This document shows positions 49,901 to 56,608 of a stretch of DNA of 64,000 bases, piece by piece; positions within the stretch are counted from its first letter, which is position 1; each line of letters begins with the position of its first letter. Below the pieces are notes generated by a model. It saw only the letters and a program-made list of their open reading frames with translations. It did no database searches and was not told the DNA's origin. The DNA lies in the NCBI GenBank assembly GCA_045863295.1, contig BTWA01000005.1, forward strand, positions 96,001 through 160,000, read 5' to 3'. The position numbers and the translations under genes were made by a program. Origin of the DNA: Candidatus Hydrogenedentota bacterium (GTDB taxonomy: Bacteria > Hydrogenedentota > Hydrogenedentia > Hydrogenedentales > SLHB01).

Positions 49901-51277
49901 CGAACGTGGTCTGCTTCGGACGGTAGTGCCCTGTTCACCATGGAAGGGCATGAAGGACCCGTGTTGTGCGTGGCGTTCAGTCCCGACGGAAAACAGATCG
50001 CCTCTGGGTCGAAAGACAAGACCGTACGCCTTTGGGACGCGGCCACCGGCGTTGCGATTCGCACGTTTACCGGCCATTCCGACGCCGTAAGAGGGATTCT
50101 TTTCTGCCGGCTTTCGAATCGCCTGATCAGTTGTTCGGAGGATGGCACGATTCGGTTTTGGGATTTGAGTACAGGAGGAACCGTACTTACGTTGGAAGGT
50201 CACGAGCAGTCGGTACACCGTGTTGCGATGAGTGGGGATGAGCAGCGGCTGGTATCCTCGGCAATCGACGGCACCTTCAAGGTTTGGAAAGTAGAGACCG
50301 GGGAGGCGCTGGCAACGGTAAAGGCAGCCGAGGGCTTTTTGTGGATCGCATCGTTCGATTCTACGGGCCGGGTCATTGTGTCCGCGTCAGCGACCGGGGC
50401 GATCCGGGCTTGGGAGGCCGTTCCGTGGCACGCATCGGATTTGCCCGGGGACACGAGCATGACCGTTCCGCAGCGGGTCGAGGCATTTAGGGCAGCGCAA
50501 TTGGAGGCCGGCGTTGCTCCCGCAAAGCCGGATAAAGTTCACATTATTGTCGCGATTACCCGAGACGACTTGATCGAGGGGATTGGCCGTCTCGCCGATG
50601 GAATAGAGGCTTCCGTGAAATCCATTGTTCCAGCGGCTGTGTTGACGCCCGAGCCCGTCGTGGTAGACGATCGATTGTACGGCGCGGTGGCCAAGCTGTG
50701 TATGAAGCGAGGCGATCAGATTCACGAGATTGGATCCGTGACAGTGCATCCGGACGATTCGTCGGTTGCGGGTCTGCGCCAACTGGCGCAATCCATCGGA
50801 ACGACGGATACGCTTCCCCTAGTGCGGATCACACGGGGCGTTGACACTATCGAATTGCAGCCGGTGGTGGTGACGCGACGAACTCGCGAGGAAGTAGTCT
50901 CCGTACCACGAGCCCGGCTGCAAGAGTATCTCGACAAACAGGTGGAGTATCTGAAATCGAATTCGGCAGGTGTCCTCAAGAAGAGCCGGGCCGATGCCGC
51001 TGAATTGGGAGAGTTGCCCGAGGGTCAGGAGATTCGCGGAATCGTATTCGATACTGACGCCGATCGGATGCCGCAAACGTTGTTGCAGTCAGTTGGACTT
51101 TCCCAAGGGGATCGCCTGATGGTGCTGGAAGGCAAACCGGTAATTTCCTATAGCCTAGCGGTGCAGACGCTGATCGAATTGCAGTCGCGCGCCCACGGTA
51201 GCGAGCCGGTGTCCATTTCCGCGGAAGTACATCGTGGCAATCTGGAAACGGTGCGGCTTAACATACAAATAGAGTGA
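46949..51277 (+). CDS. Receptor-type Ser/Thr kinase: kinase, TM, many WD40 repeats, two PDZ-like C-terminal modules
   Basis: RGGQG, HRDLKPQN, DWGLA, GTPVYMSPEQ; TM near residue 450-470; repeated GH...FSPDG...WD units; MKRGDQIHEIG and GLSQGDRLMVLEG PDZ-like motifs. Confidence 0.93.
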   Translation: MLDRDRNLLFGVFAVQLKLVSPAQIMEVAAAWAVDPSRDLPDRLRDARLLTESDFQLVLDFVNRAVEAHQGNPSMALQRFGGEALAYQSLQLSGPQTVPGETARDTSPDVLENLLSEELPKILETTGRYSLKSEHARGGQGRLLLVHDEQMGRDIILKELLPSGKSGLGTTTPIRQTANLVSRFLREAKITGQLEHPSIVPVYELGLRPEGVPYYTMKLVKGRTLYSSIRGRHTLEERLGLLRNFLDLCEGVAYAHSRGVLHRDLKPQNVMVGQFGETVILDWGLAKIKGSLDDRDEIITQMISKLRMEETDLKETAPDAILGTPVYMSPEQARGDLKAVDERSDIYSLGVTLYEVITGNIPYKSSSMKQVMEEIVTKDPPSCTAVIPDVPPELAAICDRCLKRKKEERYQSAKDLADDVDRFLSGALVKAYSYKTSEILARVYKRHRSIINLAAAASAVILITIGVSYVQVLQARNEAVIARDDAQSENYANQMLLTAQYMQGNHYDLARRTLWETEEALRDWEWGYLLNRCNVELAVLEDRVGFAFRPDGLQMATISRNRPIEIVNAATGEVVRNIAESAVRPLDIVYSPDGSLLLAPTMSGAVMIWDAVSGDRKRAIAVPGAVPEHAAFDAASKRIATTWDDDSVRIFDVETGASLAQLEGKKSGIGKPQFSPDGTTLVCVSSQAGEASAWAAYVHDSATGAMLFSIPATVAQFSPDGAFIVGANRTGIQIYEAGDGEVRVKLAEHPGLIADFCISRDSGFVATGCADGVVRVFDVHTGELLGEYKGDNPIRFVRISPDSQYLLTATLDGKLTVWDRNTGQAINEMRGHTDLVRLADFSPDGLRFATASFDQSVRVWGVASSPGQRVLAKPAANVNFATISKDRSQLAVLLNNRTLEIRRIADGSTVANFAGHGQKGGFAASFSPDGAQLVAALDDHTPTVWDIAAGTVVTQLNGHRGAVHGLAYRPDGGTIATASWDGTARTWSASDGSALFTMEGHEGPVLCVAFSPDGKQIASGSKDKTVRLWDAATGVAIRTFTGHSDAVRGILFCRLSNRLISCSEDGTIRFWDLSTGGTVLTLEGHEQSVHRVAMSGDEQRLVSSAIDGTFKVWKVETGEALATVKAAEGFLWIASFDSTGRVIVSASATGAIRAWEAVPWHASDLPGDTSMTVPQRVEAFRAAQLEAGVAPAKPDKVHIIVAITRDDLIEGIGRLADGIEASVKSIVPAAVLTPEPVVVDDRLYGAVAKLCMKRGDQIHEIGSVTVHPDDSSVAGLRQLAQSIGTTDTLPLVRITRGVDTIELQPVVVTRRTREEVVSVPRARLQEYLDKQVEYLKSNSAGVLKKSRADAAELGELPEGQEIRGIVFDTDADRMPQTLLQSVGLSQGDRLMVLEGKPVISYSLAVQTLIELQSRAHGSEPVSISAEVHRGNLETVRLNIQIE

Positions 51278-51303
51278 TTTCTGGGGCTGTCCATTGCACC
51301 ATC

Positions 51304-51399
51304 ATGATTTCCCAATGCCCAATGCTGGGAAAAAAGGTGGAGGATTCGCCAGGAAGCGGTCAGTACGTGTGCAATGCCTTGAGCGATCCATGCCTCTAG
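51304..51399 (+). pseudogene. 3' remnant (or micro-ORF) of a fourth member of the Cys-tail family
   Basis: Reads MISQCPMLGKKVEDSPGSGQYVCNALSDPCL-stop; CNALSDPC is identical to the end of the next gene. Confidence 0.75.
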
Positions 51400-51443
51400 A
51401 GCAGCGGAAGTGTTGATGACAACCAACTCCAAGGAGACCGACC

Positions 51444-52262
51444 ATGAGTTACCCGCCCACCGACTTGCCTCACAGTTGTCAGGCTTCGCTATGGATAGCA
51501 CAACAAGCGTTTCCTGCACGGTCGATGGAGTATATCTACGACCTGCCGCTTTACACCGACAACAATTCCGGGTTGCTCGATGTCATGTACGATTTTCTCG
51601 AGGGTACAGCGGACTATACGTATGTGTCCCAGAAGCGCAACAAAGAGATACGGGATTCGATTGATGTTTTCAGGGGCGAAAACACTGCGGGAGACAAGAT
51701 ACAGACGATCAAGCAGATGTTGCGAACGGGAAAGCGGCGCAGCAATGCCAATCCGGGGTCTAAAACACTAAGCGGCTTTTTGCGTGTGATGTTGGACTCT
51801 GGCATTTACTTCGCGAACAACCACACGAATTTGAACAAGGTCAACGAGGTAAAAGCGCTGCTGGATGGAACGGATCCCTATGACACTCCCCTTTGGGACA
51901 TGACGGGAAGTATCGAGGGTGGCCCGCAGAATATCCGATTTGGGAGCTTGACCTATGAGCAATTGTTCAACACGCAACTCCGGAAATTGGATAAAACGCT
52001 TTTCCGGGCTGTGCGGCGAGCGAAGCGGTTGAGCGTGCTCTGGTGCGATGTCACACAACGGTACACCGGCGATCCCGGCGGATCGATCTTCAAAGGGCTG
52101 CCGGACGACATAGTGAAGAAAGGCGGCGACGGAAACGATCAATGTTGTTACAACGGCGCATGCATCACATCTGAGTTTCCCGGCGACTACTGCGGCCAGA
52201 TAGACGATGGCACGGGGACCGGCACGTTTACGTGCAACGCGTTGAGCGATCCGTGCCACTAA
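51444..52262 (+). CDS. Unassigned protein with six-Cys C-terminal tail, paralogue 1
   Basis: SD AAGGAG; alignable end to end with the next two ORFs; ends CCYNGAC...DYC...CNALSDPCH. Confidence 0.9.
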   Translation: MSYPPTDLPHSCQASLWIAQQAFPARSMEYIYDLPLYTDNNSGLLDVMYDFLEGTADYTYVSQKRNKEIRDSIDVFRGENTAGDKIQTIKQMLRTGKRRSNANPGSKTLSGFLRVMLDSGIYFANNHTNLNKVNEVKALLDGTDPYDTPLWDMTGSIEGGPQNIRFGSLTYEQLFNTQLRKLDKTLFRAVRRAKRLSVLWCDVTQRYTGDPGGSIFKGLPDDIVKKGGDGNDQCCYNGACITSEFPGDYCGQIDDGTGTGTFTCNALSDPCH

Positions 52263-52303
52263 CCTGACCACAAGTTGACCGAAACCCAACAAGGAGACCA
52301 CGC

Positions 52304-53173
52304 ATGCCGTACCCGCCAGCACACTTGCCTGAAAGTTGTCAGCTTACGTTGTGGCTGGCAGAGTATTGCTTTGTCACGGTATCGCCTGGGCCCATTTTTA
52401 CACCGCATTCGCTTCAGACAATTTATCGGACTCCTTTGTACACCACGTCCGGCGCGCCTGGGATATTGAACATACTCAAGGAGGCGTTTAAGGCCAACCC
52501 GACCTTGCCGCCGCAAGGTTCACCCGCGCCGCCCATCGGCAACTACATTACGCCGGCAAGGCGAGCCCGCGTCGTGAAAGCGATCGATGTCTTTGCGCTT
52601 GGCGGCGCCAATGCACTGACCATAGAGCAAATGCTGATTCAGGGCATCCGGCGAAATCGCGATGCACGAACCCCGCGGACCCTGGAAGGGATTCTCAAAG
52701 TGTTGGCGAACAACGGCATCTACCTGGCCAACAATCACACGTCGCCGAGCGCCAGGACGGAAATCGAGACTCTTTTGGTGGGACGTGCCGGCCTTGAGAG
52801 CAGTCTGTGGGATTATATGGGGACGCTGGGGGCAGGGGGCAATGTTCAGTTTGGCAGCATTACGATGCGGCAACTCTTTGAGACTCCTGCTGCGAACCTG
52901 ACGGGCGAGTTTTTCCTTGCGGTTCGGCGAGCGAAGCGGATGGGTATTTTGTGGGCGCATCCGAGGTACAGCGCGATTGGCGACCCGACGGGTATCGCAC
53001 TTGCGTCGGCTTCTGGATTTGAGGGCGCCGCCATGTTCTACGGCCGGGAAGGCAACAAGAAGTGCTGTTATGAAGGCGCCTGCTGGGATTCCGAGGACGA
53101 CGACGACTATTGCGAACCGGTCGAGGGAGTCAATCCGCCGGTATGCAATGCGATGAGCGATCCGTGTCATTGA
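52304..53173 (+). CDS. Unassigned protein with six-Cys C-terminal tail, paralogue 2
   Basis: SD AAGGAG; ends CCYEGAC...DYC...CNAMSDPCH. Confidence 0.9.
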   Translation: MPYPPAHLPESCQLTLWLAEYCFVTVSPGPIFTPHSLQTIYRTPLYTTSGAPGILNILKEAFKANPTLPPQGSPAPPIGNYITPARRARVVKAIDVFALGGANALTIEQMLIQGIRRNRDARTPRTLEGILKVLANNGIYLANNHTSPSARTEIETLLVGRAGLESSLWDYMGTLGAGGNVQFGSITMRQLFETPAANLTGEFFLAVRRAKRMGILWAHPRYSAIGDPTGIALASASGFEGAAMFYGREGNKKCCYEGACWDSEDDDDYCEPVEGVNPPVCNAMSDPCH

Positions 53174-53229
53174 ACTAAGAGAAGCCGGTTGCGGAACTGG
53201 CGTATCGGGTACTTAGAAGGAGAGTTTGC

Positions 53230-54075
53230 ATGGCCTATCCCCCATCCAACCTGCCGAAGAGTTGCCGATTGACCTTGTGGCTGGCGGAGAGCGCCTATAA
53301 CGTGTCTGTGCCCACCCATGACAATCCCAACAACACCCGGGCACGAACCCTGCGAGAGATTTACGAGTTACCGCTTTATGGAGGCAATGCCGGGCTGCTG
53401 GACCTGATGTACAATCACATAAACAATGCGTCGAACTGGCGCGACTACATGACGGATACGGTGCGTTCCGATATTCTGAATGCCATTGTGAGATTCAAAG
53501 AGAAGGACCAAGACCGCAGTCACCGCTTTACGATTCGTAAAATGCTGCGAGACGGCGAACGGCGGAGCAACGCGAATCCTGGCGCCGGCACGTTGTCTGG
53601 CTTTCTGCGCGTCATGCTCAACAATGGGGTGTACTTCCCGAACAATCACACTGACGAAGACAAGTTGGGCGCAATCGGTGACATTTTGGATGATCCCAAG
53701 CCCGGCAAGACTCCGCTTTGGGACATGGAAGGCGAGATCAAGGATCTTGGCAAGTACAAGTTTGGCGATTTAACCATGAAGATGTTGTTTGAAACCCCGC
53801 TCAAGAAACTCGACCGGGAATTGTTTCGTGCAGTCCGTAAGGCGAAGCGCATGGGCATTATGTGGGCCGATTTGAAGTATAGGGAAATTGGCAATCCAAA
53901 ACCGGTAAGTGGCAAGCGAGATGACCAAATCGAGATGCTGTTTTACGGTGAGGAGAACCAGAATTGTTGTTTTCAAGGCACTTGTTGGCCCTCCGACGAT
54001 CATGACGATTATTGCGGCGCCATTGAGGGTAGCAATCCACCTGAATGCAGCGCCATGAGTGACCCTTGCCACTAA
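53230..54075 (+). CDS. Unassigned protein with six-Cys C-terminal tail, paralogue 3
   Basis: SD AAGGAG; ends CCFQGTC...DYC...CSAMSDPCH. Confidence 0.9.
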   Translation: MAYPPSNLPKSCRLTLWLAESAYNVSVPTHDNPNNTRARTLREIYELPLYGGNAGLLDLMYNHINNASNWRDYMTDTVRSDILNAIVRFKEKDQDRSHRFTIRKMLRDGERRSNANPGAGTLSGFLRVMLNNGVYFPNNHTDEDKLGAIGDILDDPKPGKTPLWDMEGEIKDLGKYKFGDLTMKMLFETPLKKLDRELFRAVRKAKRMGIMWADLKYREIGNPKPVSGKRDDQIEMLFYGEENQNCCFQGTCWPSDDHDDYCGAIEGSNPPECSAMSDPCH

Positions 54076-54097
54076 ATTGAAGTGCATTTGTGATTTG

Positions 54098-54134
54098 TTG
54101 CCCATCGGCGATCCGTCTCGGTGGGCAATTTTTT
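54098..54134 (+). terminator. Rho-independent terminator closing the paralogue array
   Basis: TTGCCCATCG...CGGTGGGCAA stem followed by TTTTTT. Confidence 0.8.
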
Positions 54135-54186
54135 CCTATCACCACTATTCGATTCCGCAAAACCCTACTTGTAGTAACACTTTCCG

Positions 54187-54215
54187 TTGACAACCTCTAT
54201 ATGTTGTGGTAGGCT
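54187..54215 (+). promoter_or_regulatory. Sigma70-type promoter of the fliQ operon
   Basis: TTGACA-N17-TAGGCT with an extended -10 TG at 54207-54208. Confidence 0.7.
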
Positions 54216-54321
54216 CATTCTTGCCGACCTTGCACACCCATGGATGGGGTAAACCCATGCAAGCGGCTGAAATTAAACAATTTATGGCAATAACTGCCAC
54301 CATTGGGGGCTTTGCACACCG

Positions 54322-54591
54322 ATGTCGCCGGATGTGGTTATTAACTTGGGCCGTGACGCGATGCTCGTCACGTTGCTGGTTTCAGCACCGATGCTGCTAT
54401 CCGGGATGATTGTCGGGCTCGTTATCAGCATCTTCCAGTCGGTCACCCAGATTCAGGAAATCACGCTCACCTTCGTGCCTAAAATTGTGGTGGTGATGGT
54501 GGCGTTTCTGATTTTTCTTCCTTGGATGATGTCGGTATTGCTGGGATTCGTACAACCCTTGTTTGGCGAGTTCGGGACTATCTTGTTCTGA
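54322..54591 (+). CDS. fliQ: Flagellar export protein FliQ
   Basis: GLVISIFQSVTQIQEITLTFVPK. Confidence 0.96.
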   Translation: MSPDVVINLGRDAMLVTLLVSAPMLLSGMIVGLVISIFQSVTQIQEITLTFVPKIVVVMVAFLIFLPWMMSVLLGFVQPLFGEFGTILF

Positions 54592-54645
54592 ATCTCGTGC
54601 AGGGCAGCCCCCGTAGCCTTTGGCTGCGGGAGTCGAAAGGCACTG

Positions 54646-55416
54646 ATGGTATTTGAGGTCGAAGTATTCAAGGTCTTTGCGCTGGTGATGATACGTTTCA
54701 GCGGGCTGATCGTGTCGGCGCCCATCCTTGGATCCAACAATTTTCCGGTGATGGCGAAGGCGGGTCTGGCGGCGTTTTGCGCGTTGCTGATCACGCCGGT
54801 GTTGCCATCTTTGCCCGAGCCTTTGCCGGACACGGTGCTGGGACTCGCCGCGATGGGCGTTGGTGAACTGCTCATCGGGTTGATGATGGGGTTTGTGATG
54901 ACGTTGCTGTTTGCCGCGATTCAGGTGGGCGGGCAAATCATCGACATGCTCAGCGGGTTCGCGTTGATGAACATCTTCAATCCGGCCCTGGAAACGCAGG
55001 TGCCCATTTTTGGTTTCTTTTTGTTCATCATGGCGACGCTGTACCTGTTGGTTTTGAATCTCCATCACGTAATGTTGCGCGCGTTGGCGGCGACGTTTGA
55101 CAAGATACCGCTGGGCGGTTTCGTGGCGAATCCCGCGTTGCTTCGTGAAGTGAGCACGTGGGGCAGCGCGATGTTCTATGACGGTCTGTTGATAGCTGCT
55201 CCAGTGACGGCGGCGCTGCTTTTGACGTATGTGACGATGGGGCTGTTGGGGCGGCTGGTGCCTCAATTGCATTTGTTCGTGGTTGGATTTCCGTTGACGA
55301 TTGGCATGGGGCTTCTGGTGGTGGCTTTCTCGATCGGCCTGTATCTGCAGGTGGTCGACGGCATGTATCACCGGATGATCCAGAACTTGACCGTGGTTGT
55401 ACGAGGGATGGCTTAA
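54646..55416 (+). CDS. fliR: Flagellar export protein FliR
   Basis: RFSGL..SAP, ELLIGL, GQIID, RLVPQL.LF.VGFP. Confidence 0.95.
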   Translation: MVFEVEVFKVFALVMIRFSGLIVSAPILGSNNFPVMAKAGLAAFCALLITPVLPSLPEPLPDTVLGLAAMGVGELLIGLMMGFVMTLLFAAIQVGGQIIDMLSGFALMNIFNPALETQVPIFGFFLFIMATLYLLVLNLHHVMLRALAATFDKIPLGGFVANPALLREVSTWGSAMFYDGLLIAAPVTAALLLTYVTMGLLGRLVPQLHLFVVGFPLTIGMGLLVVAFSIGLYLQVVDGMYHRMIQNLTVVVRGMA

Positions 55417-55419
55417 CGC

Positions 55420-56538
55420 ATGGCGGAAGACCTAGGCGGAGAGAAGACATTACCCGCGTCGCCACGGAAGATCAGTCAGGCGCGCGAGGAAGGAAACGTC
55501 GCCAAGAGCGCTGATTTGAACGCAGCGCTGGCGCTTCTTGTCGCCGCGTTCGGCCTGTGGTACATGGGCCGCGAATTGATGGAACGCATGGTGCATACCA
55601 CCGCGGTGTACTTCGAGAACATCGGCACATTTGAAGTGACGGTTGAGAACGCGGTGGACGTGGCCGTGGATGTGACCCAACGGTTGGGCGTGTTGGTGCT
55701 GCCGTTGGCCATACTGTTGACGGTGGCCGGCCTGGCCGTGAATTTTCTGCAGGTGGGGTTTTTGTACGCCCCGAAGGCGCTGCAGCCCAAATTCAGCCGT
55801 TTGAATCCGATTGCGGGATTCAGCCGGTTCTTTAAACTGCGCACGCTGGTGGATTTGATCAAGTCGTTGCTGAAAGTGGCGATTGTTACCTGGATCGTGT
55901 ATCTGACGCTGCGCAGCCGGATGGACGATTTGTTGTTGTACATGTTTTTGACGCCGCTTGGCATTACGCACCAAATGGCCGATTTGATTTACCTTGTGTG
56001 GCTGCGCGCCGCGGGGGCCATGTTGATTCTCGGACTGCTCGACTTTGGTTTTCAGAAGTGGCAGTACAACAAAGACCTGATGATGACCGTGCAGGAGATG
56101 AAAGAAGAGAACAAGCAGATGGAAGGCGATCCGCGCATCAAACAGCGCATTCGCCAGATCCAACGCCAGATGGCGATGCAGCGGATGATGAAAGAAGTGC
56201 CGAAGGCGGACGTCATCATCACCAACCCGATTCGATTTGCGGTGGCGATCCGGTATGACATGGGCAACATGGCGGCGCCGGTGGTTGTGGCCAAAGGCGC
56301 GCGTTTGCTGGCCAAGCGCATCCGCGAAATCGCGATGGAGAATCAGGTGCCCATTATCGAGAAACCGGAATTGGCCCGGGCTCTGTATAAGGAAATAGAA
56401 GTGGGCCATCCGATTCCGGAGAAGTTGTTCAAGGCGGTCGCGGAAGTACTTGCGTTCGTGTACCGGATCGATCGCCGGCAGGAAAAGATTCGCGAACGGC
56501 AGGCGAGCATGGTCCGTCCGACGTACGCGACGCAATAG
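55420..56538 (+). CDS. flhB: Flagellar export protein FlhB
   Basis: EKT...AREEGNV, EGDPRIK, ADVIITNP, APVVVAKG. Confidence 0.96.
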   Translation: MAEDLGGEKTLPASPRKISQAREEGNVAKSADLNAALALLVAAFGLWYMGRELMERMVHTTAVYFENIGTFEVTVENAVDVAVDVTQRLGVLVLPLAILLTVAGLAVNFLQVGFLYAPKALQPKFSRLNPIAGFSRFFKLRTLVDLIKSLLKVAIVTWIVYLTLRSRMDDLLLYMFLTPLGITHQMADLIYLVWLRAAGAMLILGLLDFGFQKWQYNKDLMMTVQEMKEENKQMEGDPRIKQRIRQIQRQMAMQRMMKEVPKADVIITNPIRFAVAIRYDMGNMAAPVVVAKGARLLAKRIREIAMENQVPIIEKPELARALYKEIEVGHPIPEKLFKAVAEVLAFVYRIDRRQEKIRERQASMVRPTYATQ

Positions 56539-56608
56539 ACGCGAGAGCAATAGGATTTGAGCGCTTCCCGCGAACGGGGAAGTACTCTTATTTGAGCGAG
56601 GGAATACT

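Noticed and set aside
51308..51335. TTTCCCA...TGGGAAA hairpin as the kinase terminator or an IS end
   Set aside because: The stem is short and followed by A's rather than T's on the plus strand; no partner repeat or transposase seen
51444..54075. Classical RiPP cluster
   Set aside because: No radical SAM, YcaO, LanM, DUF692 or peptidase-ABC gene nearby and the proteins are much larger than typical precursors; kept only as an open hypothesis
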